A stretch of DNA of 63,478 nt, filler included, from Stramenopiles sp. TOSAG23-6 (GCA_900128565.1; 8 parts of 8 records of this genome joined end to end with filler, not necessarily neighbours in it), one strand, 5' to 3'. Shown: positions 1 to 12,016, counted from the whole stretch's first letter. Notes: generated from the sequence alone by a model not told the origin. Numbers and translations: made by a program.

Positions 1-46
1 ATTTTGTACCTAACAAATTTCGAATTTAATTTTTTTTACAATACAT

Positions 47-425
47 GTCTTCAATCGGGGCTGAAATTTTTAAAAATCGTCTCCTGCAGTTTATTTACAA
101 ATTGCTTGGAGGTTTTAACTCCCCATCAAGCTTAGTGTCAATAGCAACTGCTTCCAGTGTTTTAATCATGGTATTGGAAATTACCCGATCTCCCCATTCT
201 TCCAGGAGGGCATTTCGTCGGATATTTAGGAAGTTTCTATTTACAATGGCTACTAGTGGGTGTATTGTTGGTTCTGTTGGGGTAGGCATTAAATTTTGGA
301 TGGAGTCGTCAGAAGAGCAGCGTACACTTTTTCGAAAAGCTTTTTCCTTTTTAAAGCGACCGGGAACTTTACCATCTATTGCTGTGATTGCTTTGATGAT
401 AAAATTTACACGTCGCAAGTTTTGA
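47..425 (+). CDS. Last exon of an unknown, probably membrane, protein (5'-partial)
   Basis: Follows the 3' half of a family intron (1-46, ends CAATACAT); open frame to TGA 423-425 with hydrophobic stretches. Confidence 0.5.
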
Positions 426-562
426 TGAATTTAATGTATTACTTGACAATAATACACTATGAATTATAATATAAATCCAGGAAATGTTAGGTTTTGCAAA
501 TTTTTTTCTTTTTATTACATTCTTTTATAAATCTTTTGAAATCAAGTGTAAAAAATATCAAG

Positions 563-1075
563 TTACAAAGCCTTCGTGTGCCTTCCAGTAGCAATAAGTC
601 TATCACCCACTTTCAGTTTCACTTCCGTAAAACCTAACGTTTTACCAGACTTTAGAACACGACCTTCTATTTTGATTGTTTCTCCAGTTTTTGCAGGCGA
701 GCAAAACGACGTGTTCAACTCAACACTAACACCTGGTTTCAATGGGTTGACACTCAAGAGTGCTAGAGTACCAACTATATCAATAAGAGTTGAAGTAGCT
801 CCACCGTGAAGGGTCCCAAAAGAGTTTAAGAGTTTTTCTGTTACTTGAATGCTACATTCAACCTTGTTTCTTTCAATTCGGTCGATTTGAAGCCCAGTGA
901 AGACACTATCAAACCGACCAGGAAATGAAAAAAACTTTCCAAGAAGAGCGTTAGCTCCTTTCAAAGCAGCTTTTTCAATGAAAGATGTTGGTTTTTTTTG
1001 TGAGCTCATATACCTTAGACAACCATTCGTTGAGTTCGAAACTATTCTTGGCAACATGGGGTATCGAGACACCAT
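563..1075 (-). CDS. PaaI/hotdog-fold acyl-CoA thioesterase (ACOT13-like)
   Basis: N..GTLHGG..STLID and GVSVELN..F motifs; ends ATGRHTK. Confidence 0.9.
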   Translation of the reverse strand: MVSRYPMLPRIVSNSTNGCLRYMSSQKKPTSFIEKAALKGANALLGKFFSFPGRFDSVFTGLQIDRIERNKVECSIQVTEKLLNSFGTLHGGATSTLIDIVGTLALLSVNPLKPGVSVELNTSFCSPAKTGETIKIEGRVLKSGKTLGFTEVKLKVGDRLIATGRHTKAL

Positions 1076-1413
1076 ATTTATCTAATGTGATCCAAAATAT
1101 TTAGCAAGACCAAGACGGTGAATCTTTAAGATTTTTCGATGACAATTAGTCATTGAATTTTGGTGGCCACTTTGACAAGTCAGTTTGTTTGCGTGAGTTT
1201 GCGTTGGAATTTCGCGACCCAGGATTTCGATTTGATTTCGTGGGTGGAATTTCGGAATTTATTTTTTTACTTTTTCGTTCTTTTTTCGTATCTTCTATTT
1301 GAAGTATATCTATATCTTGTCAACTTTCAATGCTACAAAGAAGTCTGTATCTGTGGATCGCTGACCAGTGATTTATTTCCAGTAATTTACTATATCAATG
1401 AGAAGAAAACCAA

Positions 1414-3645
1414 ATGGGGAAGCATCCNATTGATAATATATCTCTTCCAAAGTTAAAACACCTTCATAGAAAGCTTACTTCCACTAATAAAAATTGTTTG
1501 GATTTTGTGTCAGACCTTTTAAACAATAGGAGTGAAACCAATATTCCATGGAGTCAACTACGCGAAGCACTACGACGTATTTACAAGCTTTCCACTTACG
1601 AGTGTGCATCAATGGCATCATTATTTGATGTACGTGGAAACAAGTCTGTAGACAAAACTGAATTTTTGGCATTCGTGGAATGTAAAGAGAATAAACTAAT
1701 AACATTTGCTAATTTGATTCATAACAGAAGACGGAAAATGTTTCATCAAAATCGACAAAANCAAGATCAAATGTCCACCAAGAAAAATAACAAACTTCAA
1801 CTTGGAGNTTCTTATACTAGCTTATCTATATCTTCCTCAGATGAAGGTGAACCAGAAGAATATTTGAATNATCGAAAATACCATGGGCATCGCTCTCTCA
1901 CAGCAGCGACCGAGCATTGGCTGCGATCTCACACACTAGCACGTAAATCAGTCCTCTGTGAGGATACAAAAAATTCAGCTGTTCGACAAAGATTGTCGCA
2001 NCAAAATCAAGATTCGCTCAATACATTTGATTCTGAAGTATCAGTGAATAATTCTACTCGAAATATTCCAAAACAATTGACGTCGATTCAGACCAAAGAG
2101 ACCAAAGAATATANAAAACAAAACAAAAGGTATCGAATCAAACATTTTACCAACCGACATCGCCGAGTAAGTTTATCTCAACTTCAAAATTTACATCGTA
2201 AGTTAAATATGGAAATCCCGTATACACAAACAAGGGCAATGCTTGAGAAGAGAAACAAAAGAACAAAAAGTTCACAATTTTCTCAAATTTTGATATGGGT
2301 TGGAAGTGATCAAAATGGTCATTTGCTATGGACTAAATTTCGAGAGTCAATGCGTCGAATTTATAAACTGACACCAATAGAATGTGATCATTTAGCTTTA
2401 TTATTCGATCCAGATTCGTCGGGTTTTATAATTTGCTCAGAAATTATAGCATTTGTCGAATGTAGTTATTNTAATTTAGCAGAGTTTAATGCTCGCATTC
2501 ATAAGAAACGCAAAATAGTGAGTATGCAAATGCCAAAAAAAGAAAGGATGTTAACATATTCTAGTAATAGAAATATAAATCCAGAGGAATTATTTCGAAA
2601 CAATAGTGAAATTACTACTAATACATTCAACAGTGACATATACTTATCTGAAACTCCCAAGAGCAATACGTTGAGTGAGTTGGCACAGCCGAAGTCTGTT
2701 ACCCATGGTCAAAGCAAACATATAGATTCCACTACTAATACCAATGTAAATAAATGTCATAAAGATTTCACAGAGAGTGTATTAAAACCATCTACTGAAG
2801 AATGGATTGAAAAACAGAATAATTTTCGTGTGAACGAAAATAAAAGGATAGAAAAAGCTTCTGGAATTAGACCTGGATACACCCACCCTCTCCATAAGTT
2901 GTCCTTGGAAACAGTCATCAGACTTCACAACAAATTGAATAGGCTAGTATTGTGCAACACTAGCGATAAATATGAAAAACATCATATTAATACATCTTTT
3001 GCATTCAGCGTATTTCTCACGGCATTGAATAAAAAATCTTATTCCAGAAACTATTGTATGTCATGGGCAGTATTTCGACAAAAAATCCGAGAAAATTACA
3101 ATCTGAATTCAATAGAATGNGATCATTTAGCTTTATTATTNGGTGTACATGAGATGAGCAAAATTAACATGAATGANTTTTTAGATTTTGTGAAGTGTAA
3201 AGAGAATGAAATTATTACATTTTGTAANATTCTATTTTATCGAAAAAACAACCAATCAAAAGATAACAAACAATTTGAGAAAAATCGATCAAATTTTGTT
3301 CACCGTAAAAGTACAAATGCATCNACANTAGAAAAGTCCCCAGATATCAAAATTCTATTAGAAAATAAGGCAAAGTCAAAATTTCAGGAATTTTCAGATA
3401 TTGAAATTCTACTAGAAAATAAGGCAAAGTTGAAATTCCAGGAATTAGATGTCTTTAATCGAGGAATACTAGATTCGAAACAATATCAAANGTTTGTTGA
3501 ATGGCTTTGGAGTGAAGTTGAAGCCAATAGTGGCAGACAAAATTCATATGACACAGACACAGTTACATCCCAATGTTGTAAGTCACAGAGNTATTCGATT
3601 TTCAAGAGATGGTTTAATAATTATGTATCAATGAAGAATCATTGA
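1414..3645 (+). CDS. 743-aa protein with three repeated EF-hand-like modules
   Basis: Long intronless ORF; module LH.KL...W..FRE..R.IY.L...EC.HLA.LFD...EF..FV.C repeated three times. Confidence 0.7.
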   Translation: MGKHXIDNISLPKLKHLHRKLTSTNKNCLDFVSDLLNNRSETNIPWSQLREALRRIYKLSTYECASMASLFDVRGNKSVDKTEFLAFVECKENKLITFANLIHNRRRKMFHQNRQXQDQMSTKKNNKLQLGXSYTSLSISSSDEGEPEEYLNXRKYHGHRSLTAATEHWLRSHTLARKSVLCEDTKNSAVRQRLSXQNQDSLNTFDSEVSVNNSTRNIPKQLTSIQTKETKEYXKQNKRYRIKHFTNRHRRVSLSQLQNLHRKLNMEIPYTQTRAMLEKRNKRTKSSQFSQILIWVGSDQNGHLLWTKFRESMRRIYKLTPIECDHLALLFDPDSSGFIICSEIIAFVECSYXNLAEFNARIHKKRKIVSMQMPKKERMLTYSSNRNINPEELFRNNSEITTNTFNSDIYLSETPKSNTLSELAQPKSVTHGQSKHIDSTTNTNVNKCHKDFTESVLKPSTEEWIEKQNNFRVNENKRIEKASGIRPGYTHPLHKLSLETVIRLHNKLNRLVLCNTSDKYEKHHINTSFAFSVFLTALNKKSYSRNYCMSWAVFRQKIRENYNLNSIEXDHLALLXGVHEMSKINMNXFLDFVKCKENEIITFCXILFYRKNNQSKDNKQFEKNRSNFVHRKSTNAXTXEKSPDIKILLENKAKSKFQEFSDIEILLENKAKLKFQELDVFNRGILDSKQYQXFVEWLWSEVEANSGRQNSYDTDTVTSQCCKSQXYSIFKRWFNNYVSMKNH

Positions 3646-3873
3646 AAATTACCCGTCATTTCACCATGTGGTACAGTAATTTATAAATGAATAAATAAAG
3701 CAATCTTTCATAAGAAAAAATAAAATCGATTCTTGATGTAGATTTTTGTTTTGTATATCAAAGTTTATTTTTAAAATTAAGATATTTATTTCAGTTTTTT
3801 CACTGATCATTTTTTTTCGTACGAAATTTTATACCTAATAATTTTTTTTAATTTTTTCACTAATCATTGCTTA

Positions 3874-4947
3874 CTACTTTTCATCGATATCATACAAATG
3901 TGGAGACACATACTTATTCATAGTAAACATTGTTACTTTTTTTCTTCCCATAAGTTTTGAAAACTTCTTATCACAGATAATTTGTCGTTTATCATCAGGA
4001 TTTTGTAAGTTATGCTCACGAATATACACCCAGAGCAATTTCACAACCTGTCCGCGAGATGATTGTGGTTTACCAATTATTGCTTGAAGGTCCGTCGAAC
4101 ATTTCCACTCTTTATGAAAGCCTGTGTTTTTCTTCTCACCTTCTGCAGAAACCTTTCGCTTTTTCTTTTTCACCTTTTTCTTTTTTTGGGTTTTTCTTGG
4201 TGGCTCATCACTCTCGTCACCACTCTCATCACTATTGCTTTCTTCATCTTCACTCGAAATTTCTTTCTTCACTACTTTCTTTTTCTTTGTCTTTTTTGTA
4301 TTCGTCTTTTTTTTTGGTTTCTTCGAAGATGGNGATTTATTACCCACTACTTCATCGGAATTATATAAATGTGAAGTCACNTACTTATTCATAGAAAACA
4401 TTGTTACTTTTTTTCTGCCACCCATGATTTTTTCAAAGTTTGCGTCACAGATAATTTGTCGTTTATCCTTCGGATTCTGTAAGTTATGCTCACGAATATA
4501 CACCCAAAGCAATTTCACACACTGTCCGCGAGATGATTTTGGTGTACCAATAACCTTTTGAAGAGCATTTGAACAGTTTAGTTCTTTATGAAATCCTGTG
4601 TTTTTCTTCTCACCTTCTGCTTTTTTCTTTCTTTTNTTCTTCTTTTTTGGAGCTTCGTCTTCACTTTCACTAGAACTCGATTCAGATCGAGATGTTTTCT
4701 TTCGCTTCTTTGGAGTGGCCTTTTTTTTGTTAGCTTTGTCTAAAAAAGAAAGTATCTCCTTTTTAATCACGTCCTTCTGCGATTTCAAGCAAATCCCGTT
4801 GAACTCAGCTTCAATTGTCTTACGCACAATTCTAATGGATAATTCTTCTAAAGGTAGCCTACTTAAAATACTTNCAATAGATTTTTTCAGCTGACCCTTG
4901 GTAGGCATCTCCATGTTCTCTTCATTTTCAACTGATTTCTTCGCCAT
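3874..4947 (-). CDS. DEK-C plus two SWIB/MDM2 domains (UAF30-like)
   Basis: Two near-identical SSRGQ.VKLLWVYIREHNLQNP.DKRQIICD units; ATG at 4947. Confidence 0.9.
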   Translation of the reverse strand: MAKKSVENEENMEMPTKGQLKKSIXSILSRLPLEELSIRIVRKTIEAEFNGICLKSQKDVIKKEILSFLDKANKKKATPKKRKKTSRSESSSSESEDEAPKKKXKRKKKAEGEKKNTGFHKELNCSNALQKVIGTPKSSRGQCVKLLWVYIREHNLQNPKDKRQIICDANFEKIMGGRKKVTMFSMNKXVTSHLYNSDEVVGNKXPSSKKPKKKTNTKKTKKKKVVKKEISSEDEESNSDESGDESDEPPRKTQKKKKVKKKKRKVSAEGEKKNTGFHKEWKCSTDLQAIIGKPQSSRGQVVKLLWVYIREHNLQNPDDKRQIICDKKFSKLMGRKKVTMFTMNKYVSPHLYDIDEK

Positions 4948-5549
4948 GCTTCTCACAATGTTTCGCTGGATATACGTACTTGAACTCGATATTGTTCTGC
5001 GTGTACAACACACGCGCAAAAATGGATCTGATCTAAGATCGAAATGACCGTTACCCGGTTCCCCATAAATAATTTTTTACTAGATAAAGAATACAACTAT
5101 ACCGGTAGAATCTATATACAAAATATTATCTAACGAATTCANAANANAAGAGTATAATACTATTAATACACATTATCATGTATCATTAAAAATCATGAAC
5201 AACATTTTTTTAAAGCGCGAGCCTTTTTATTTTATTTCGTGTGATGTTATTAATTTTGGTACAAAAAGTGTACCTAAGCAATTCATTAACGAGTAGTATA
5301 TATCCAGACTTTTGCCTTATGAGACTTTTCTGATTACGACAGTTCGATCCTTTCGGTGAAATTTTTATAATAAAAACACAGTTTTACACAGACATACATA
5401 CATTATAGAAACAATTGTAGAAAAACAATGGTAATATAACAGAGTACGCGGTGCCCGGTAACAAACAGTATTATATATCGAAAAACTTCAGCGTTGGAAG
5501 AGCTGAGACTATAATTAAACCAAAGTGCANAGCAATATCCTGACACTGC

Positions 5550-6394
5550 TTAGCGATTAGCTTTTGCAACACGCTCGATTTCATCCTTCTTCTTAATAGA
5601 GTAAGCATTGGATGAACCTTTTGAAGCGTTGATGATTTCGTCAGCGAGGCACTCTGCAACGGTTTTTACATTGCGGAAAGTAGCCTCACGTGCGCCAGTA
5701 GCAATTAAGAAAACTGCCTGGCAAACACGACGAAATGGTGAGACATCGACAGCTTGGCGGCGAACGATACCAGCAGCACCAATACGGGTAGAATCCTCAC
5801 GTGGTCCAGCGTTGATGATAGCATCAACGAGAACTTGGATTGGATTACGGTCAGTGAGCAAGAAAATAATCTCGAACGCATGGCGAACGATGTTAACTGC
5901 GAGTTGCTTTTTACCAGCATTGCGACCGTGAAACATAAGAGCATTAGCAAGGCGCTCAACAATTGGGCACTGAGCTTTGCGGAAACGTTTCACTTGGTAG
6001 CGACCACCAGTGTGTGGGAGATAAGTTGCGAACTTTGGCTTTACAGCAATGTAGTCCTCTAGCGAGATGTCGTTAATTTCGACGTCATCGAAAGTCCTGT
6101 GTTGNGCGAAGTTGAGANAAAAGTTTAGATGATTGAGTAAATAAGTCTATATGAATATACGTTATATATNTGGGGAAATTGTATACAATGGAAATGTAAA
6201 CCAAAATACGCTGAAGAGTACTTCCGCCGCTGGTAGGTGAAACTACCAGAAAGACAGAGAGCGCATTTGGACTATTGAGCACTGCGTATCATAAGCACNC
6301 ATAATAGTCTCGTTTGCAATACGAAAAGTTATGTTTNAGTCATCAAGATTACTTACCATTTGTTGAAAAGCTTGATATCAGCTCCGTCGGCCAT
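5550..6394 (-). CDS. RPS5: 40S ribosomal protein S5 (uS7); exons 6394-6357 and 6096-5550
   Basis: [42 protein letters not shown]; canonical GTAAGT..CAG intron 6356-6097. Confidence 0.97.
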
Positions 6395-6616
6395 ATTGAA
6401 AGGTTTGTTTTGTGGTAATTAGAAAGGTCATCCCGAGCAAGAAGCGGACACACAACAAGAAGAGCCGACCTTGCTGGAAATCGCAAAAGAAAGAACTGAC
6501 TTGTTTATTGGAACAAACCTGTTTCAATTTTTAATGGAACAAACATGTTTTTATACGACTCACACAATTTTATAATAATTATTAATTTTACAAAAAAACA
6601 TCGAATTCAATTCACA

Positions 6617-7669
6617 CTATGAATGATACTTGTATCCGGTATCCGTATCTACCATTTCTGTCATTCTATTTCTTGAATTTCTTGAATTTCGTGTTCTTTT
6701 CGTTTTTTTTGTACCTCTAGCAACACATCGAGCAACGCAGACTAAAACCAATGCAAGAATCGCAACAACACACTCAAAAATACCAAGTAAAATAAAAACA
6801 AATGCAGATTTCTTAAAAAGTTTCTGGAAGGCATCACTACAAGTTACTTCATCTGTCATAACAGAACCTAATTTAAATGGACCACTTAAGATTTCACCTT
6901 TGTTGGCTCCTTCTAGAAGAAACTTTTTTCCTTCACCTGGNAGAGGACTGTATTGTGAAAAAATACAAAAAAAAATCGTTAGGTACGAAATTTTCTATGA
7001 AAAAAAACTAAGTTTGAAATTCATGATGAAAATCTACTAATTGCATGTAAACACATTGGTCATCATATACGGATGTGCTCTATCATATCCACAACAATTA
7101 AAGAATTTTTGAGTCTTCATCCAACTACCATATGTAAATGGATCTTGACATTCTTCGGCAACACAGCCTTTTGGACCAGGTAGTCCNAAATGTAGGTTAA
7201 TATATTCAATGCTTTTCCTGCTCAAGGACAATGAAGTTTCGGATGTCTTTTCTTTGCCACTAATTGGTGTATTCAAATCAATTTCATTAGAATAGTTGAG
7301 AGAATATACACCGCAAGTAATATGGACTATGGAAAACGCAGTAACAAATATGATAAATATATACATTGGCCATCTTGCAGCATTGTGATCCATATCACTT
7401 CCGTCAGAGTTTCGCCGGATAGCCTGTGAGCGCATCTGACAACTACCAACAATTCCACAAAGAGATAAAACAGCCATTGCTAAGGCAATCGAGCCACATA
7501 TTATCAGAATGTAATCAGGAAGACCCAACAAATCTACGTGGTTAAACAAAATGTGACCAGCGAGACTGAGTGCAATTAGACTCAACACAAGCATTATTGA
7601 CGTTAGAGTAATCAAAAGAAAACCTAGACGCCTACCGCAGTTCGTACAACACATTTCAATATTACACAT
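6617..7669 (-). CDS. Tetraspanin-like membrane protein; family intron 7037-6948 (GT-AG)
   Basis: Three N-terminal TM segments, CCG loop motif, one C-terminal TM; frame restored by the intron. Confidence 0.75.
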
Positions 7670-7950
7670 GTTTCAATATATTGAATAGATACCAGTGGCA
7701 GAAGGAGTATTACTTAATTTCCCCCAACAGATTAAATTTATATATTATCGAAACAAAGAGTTCAATTTCAAAGACATCAATCATATAATATTGATTTTGA
7801 AAAAACAGTCAAAATGATTCTCGAGAATCTTTGGTACCGGGTACCATTGGTTACGCTTAACAAATTATTATGTAAAAATAAAATATAATGTATTAAAAGA
7901 AACCAATTTATTTTTTCCTTATTCAATATAATGCAATACTATACCACAAA

Positions 7951-8559
7951 TCACTCGTATATTGTGACTTTACTTCGGGAGCCTTTTTTCGATACATTAA
8001 ACATTTTTTCAACTGGGATTTGAAATTTATCACGCAATAACACTGGAAGATCGAATGCAATGTCGCCCTGTACTTGAATTTCTTTACCCCCCGATGCAGT
8101 CTTAGATACAGCCGATCCACAAGCAAACTTTTTACCCATCAGTTTTGCAGCAGACTTTAAATCAACATCAAACTTCTCAAGGCCTGTAATAACTGTGACA
8201 AATTTACGTTTGTTGCGCTGAATTTGACTGATGAGAACTTCCTGGACACCTTTCAGAGCGTCTTTCTTCCTGGATTTTTGTTTTGATGCCTTTATTTTCC
8301 GCTTACTTGAATGTTCATTATCTACGGTGGAAGCGCCATCACTAGCAATCATCATATTTTCTAAATATACCTCAAGGTCATCCATTTCATTTTCCTCCCA
8401 CCACTTCATTGCTTCTTCTTTCTTTACAGTGTGACTAACGTATTCAAGAGGGAAACCTGTTACACCACAATATTTAACTTCGGTGCCTTCTGAAAACAGA
8501 GGNAATCCCATATTATTATATCGTGGGCCTTTATCTTCTTCATCAGAGTAGTCAGACAT
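7951..8559 (-). CDS. DENR: Density-regulated protein/TMA22 (SUI1 domain)
   Basis: YCGVTGFPLEY N-terminal motif; RNKRKFVT.ITGL..F..DLK.AAK..GKKFACG and EIQVQGD. Confidence 0.9.
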   Translation of the reverse strand: MSDYSDEEDKGPRYNNMGXPLFSEGTEVKYCGVTGFPLEYVSHTVKKEEAMKWWEENEMDDLEVYLENMMIASDGASTVDNEHSSKRKIKASKQKSRKKDALKGVQEVLISQIQRNKRKFVTVITGLEKFDVDLKSAAKLMGKKFACGSAVSKTASGGKEIQVQGDIAFDLPVLLRDKFQIPVEKMFNVSKKGSRSKVTIYE

Positions 8560-8875
8560 TGTAAAAGGTCCTCAATACTACAAAATTATTACTACTTCTA
8601 TCGTACCTTGTACTAAAAAGTTCGATAGGTAAAGAGTGCGGGTCACAACATTAATCATTGACTGCTTGCTGACTAATTTTATTTTTTTTTGAGAAAGAGC
8701 CGAGAGCAGGTCTGTCTGTTCACAATATAATATTTGTTTGTGAACGTTTCATATTTCAGCACTTTCTAAAGATTTTTTTTTATTTTTTAAACTTGGCCAA
8801 CACTTACATTTTCTTTTAGCTTAGAACAATTGTGCTAGATTGTTATTCCAAATATCCCATAAAATATATTTGGAA

Positions 8876-8975
8876 NNNNNNNNNNNNNNNNNNNNNNNNN
8901 NNNNNNNNNNNNNNNNNNNTTAATTAATTAANNNNNNNNNNNNNNNNNNNNNNNNNNNNNNNNNNNNNNNNNNNN
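8876..8975. other. Artificial contig spacer (others at 17827-17926, 26742-26841, 35657-35756, 44553-44652, 53434-53533, 62279-62378)
   Basis: Identical 100-nt N-TTAATTAATTAA-N blocks with stops in six frames; the contigs between them do not increase in length along the window. Confidence 0.97.
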
Positions 8976-9031
8976 TCGTACGAAATTTTGTACCTAACGA
9001 TTTTTTTTTGAAATATTTTTCCAAAATACAA

Positions 9032-9174
9032 TGTCAGCCACATTTGATCAGCTTTTAAGTAATAATCATAGTAATCCACCACCACCACCACCATATAGGG
9101 ATATCAACGATATGAGGTTTCCTCCTGTTTCCCCGAATTTAGTCAGTAAAACGAGTTTTAGTGATTTGATTTAA
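9032..9174 (+). CDS. Short last exon of an unknown gene (poly-Pro)
   Basis: Follows a family intron 3' half ending AATACAA; open frame to TAA. Confidence 0.4.
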
Positions 9175-9379
9175 ATAAAAAAAAATCCTAAAAAATGTTT
9201 TACAAAAATTTATTTTCTATTTACAAAACCTAACCCTAGTAACCTAACCCTAATACAAATATAGCTGTTGACATCACTTTCAACGGACGATAGAAAAATA
9301 ACAGTCCTCTCCATGTAGTGTTGTAACTTGTAGTTCGTATATCCAGTTTACATATCCAAGTTAAAAGTAGGTACTTAAA

Positions 9380-10950
9380 ATGATTGCAGAGATTCTAAAA
9401 AATAAAATTATAACAAGGTATACCTTTGTACTTTGTATAATTGTAGCATTTGAGTCAACAGAAGCGGCAACGCTTGCACCTGCACACTCTGCACAACATC
9501 ATGGACACCATGCAATGCTACAAAGTAAAATACTCCAACATAACCTAGGCCTTTCAGCAAAACCTCACGAATATCCAACAAACCATCGAGACAGTATTGC
9601 CGCAATCCGCTTATATACTGCCGGGGAAGATGAATCAGAACATAAGCTAGACCTTCAGAAGGGAACATCTCCAGTAGGTCTTGATTTAGGGGGAACTTTA
9701 GCAAAATTAGTTTACTTTGAATCTGCTGACACTGTAGACGCTACACATGAACTTGATCTTGAATCACCTTTGGAAAGTTTCTCTTTAGATTTTGAATCAG
9801 GACAATTACATTTCCTTTCTTTTGCATCGAATGAATATCAGGAAAATTTGAAAAGATTAAATGAAGAAGAAGGAATCTCACCAGATATTAAACTTTGTGC
9901 GACAGGTGGTGGAGCTACTAAATTAAAACAAGACTTGGTGAGCATACAAGAAGAAGATGAAATTCAGATGCTAAGAGTTGGAATGAATTTTGTGCTTTCG
10001 CATTTCAAAGCTGAATTATTTTTTTATAATGCACAAGACACACGCGTACCATGTATGTTTTTTTTTTTTTTTTTTCAATTTCGAATTTCGAAGTACCACT
10101 TGAAGAAGAAATAAAATATCCGTATTTACTGGTGAATATTGGATCTGGTGTCAGCATTATAAATGTTACTGGACCAGGTGAAGATAATTTTACGCGATGT
10201 GGTGGTACAGCAATTGTATGTTATCCACTACTATTTCAAATATTTAATATAGTTTTTTTTCCTATGAAAATTTGTACCTAACAAAAAATAATTTTGAAAA
10301 TAGATTTTTTTATACTAATTGGCGGAGGAACTTTTTTTGGTCTTTCGAAATTTCTGACAAATATCAGAACTTTTGATGAAGCTTTAGATCTTGCTAATGA
10401 TGGTGATAGCACAAAAGTGAATTTAACGGTCAAGGATATTTATGTATGTTTTATTTTTTTTCAAATTCCAATTTTTTTTTCATACGAAATTTTGTACCTA
10501 ACAAAAAACATTTGAAATATTTTTCCAAACTACATGGTGGTCCCTATAAAGATTTACCTGAAAATTTGACTGCGGCATATTTTGGAAAGAACAAACCAGC
10601 TCATGTGGAAAGGGCTGATCTTATTGAAGCAGCGCTTGAAATGGTATCTAGTGCTATAGGTGCAATTGCAGGTTTACAAGCCTACAAACGTCACTCAAGT
10701 GCAATTATGTAAGTTTCAAAGTTTCAAATATTTTCAAATATATTTTTTTCGTAATAGATTTTGTATCTCACAAAAAAAAATGTAAGATATTGTACAAAAA
10801 TATAGATTCACAGGAAGTTTCCTCAAAAACAACGAAACAGCAATGAAGAAACTAACACAGCTAGTGGATGGCAAAAGAGCATTATTCTTTAAAAATGATG
10901 GGTACTTTGGTGCTCTAGGCTCATTACTTGAATGTGAAAAAACTCTATAA
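9380..10950 (+). CDS. PANK: Type II pantothenate kinase (Fumble family); introns 10053-10093, 10216-10320, 10444-10535, 10709-10805
   Basis: [57 protein letters not shown]. Confidence 0.93.
10216..10320 (+). mobile_element. Introner-like intron, GT-TT
   Basis: Removal restores GGTAI-GGGTF; nearest AGs give a stop or frameshift; AATTG direct repeat. Confidence 0.85.
10444..10535 (+). mobile_element. Introner-like intron, GT-AT
   Basis: Removal restores KDIY-GG; first downstream AG is out of frame. Confidence 0.9.
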
Positions 10951-11164
10951 AAATCATAAAAATCCTACTTTTTGTTTGTATTTTGTTTTAATTTCGAAAA
11001 TGTTCGAAAATGTTCGAAATATTTCGAACCGTATCCTTAAAATCGTAGTACGAGAGGATATATATCCAGAATCTGTACCATATCTTTGCTGGATAATTCG
11101 AAGAAGGTTGTTTCAAAGGCTCACATTTTGGACATCTGTCATCCTTTAAAATACCACCAATAGA

Positions 11165-12016
11165 ATGTACCTTAGAATTTTTTTACCCTTTTTCATTGTA
11201 TCCCTTGTAGTAGCTAGAAAAGAAACAATAAAAGATCTTGTAGCTAGAAAATCCAATCTTGTTAAGAAAAACACTTTAGAGAGAAAAGAACTTCTAACCA
11301 CAACGGAAAGAGTCGCTAGAAAAGAACATATATCCAAGAAAGTGACCAACACTGAAACACATAATGCCGAGAAACAATCAAAACACAAAGAGAGTGCTGC
11401 TGAGACTATTACCACAAATGAAAGTGCCGCCGTAAATGAGAAAAATGAAAAAGTACCAGAAGCAATATCTCCTCAACCTCAACCTCAATACAAAGCTGCA
11501 CACACCAGTGATGGTTGGCTTCATTGGACACGTGAATCATGCCGAAATGCACAAAATGCGTACGCTGATTTACTTGTAAAAATTTTGCAACGTAATTTTG
11601 AAACCAAACATAAAATAATGCCAACTGACCTTGTGAAATCCATAAGAGATAAAGCCGATGTCCTTAAGATAGACAACAGTTATCGTAATGGAGTTAATAT
11701 TTTGATTGAGGCATTAAACAAAATCGAACCAGTCGACACAAATAGTTACTATTTACAAGGAAATACGAATCAGCAAAAGAATGCCCATGGAAATGTACCG
11801 GACGCACAGGCTATTTTTGATGGTAAAACAAAGTGTCTGTCAGGGTGTAAAATTAGGGCTGAAACTCGTTGTACGGAGCAGGGTCAAAAAGCTTTAAACC
11901 AAGCTTATGATGAAATTATAAGGAACTATTATTCGATGCATATTGGTAAACCATTTATAGAATGTGGTTGGAAGAATTTTTTTTGGTTTGGTGGTTGTGA
12001 AAAGAAAGTATCCTAA
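11165..12016 (+). CDS. Hypothetical secreted protein
   Basis: 283-aa ORF with signal-peptide-like N-terminus and Cys-containing C-terminus. Confidence 0.65.
   Translation: MYLRIFLPFFIVSLVVARKETIKDLVARKSNLVKKNTLERKELLTTTERVARKEHISKKVTNTETHNAEKQSKHKESAAETITTNESAAVNEKNEKVPEAISPQPQPQYKAAHTSDGWLHWTRESCRNAQNAYADLLVKILQRNFETKHKIMPTDLVKSIRDKADVLKIDNSYRNGVNILIEALNKIEPVDTNSYYLQGNTNQQKNAHGNVPDAQAIFDGKTKCLSGCKIRAETRCTEQGQKALNQAYDEIIRNYYSMHIGKPFIECGWKNFFWFGGCEKKVS

Noticed and set aside
4059-4894. Antisense Phe/Leu-rich ORFs here and throughout the ORF track
   Set aside because: They are shadows of Lys/Glu-rich genes or translations of T-rich introns.
10708-10804. Register shifted by one base (TG..CA introns)
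   Set aside because: It gives the same mRNA in most copies, but where it differs the GT register fits better (PanK IIFTG versus IRFTG) and keeps a normal donor. Not fully excluded without RNA data.
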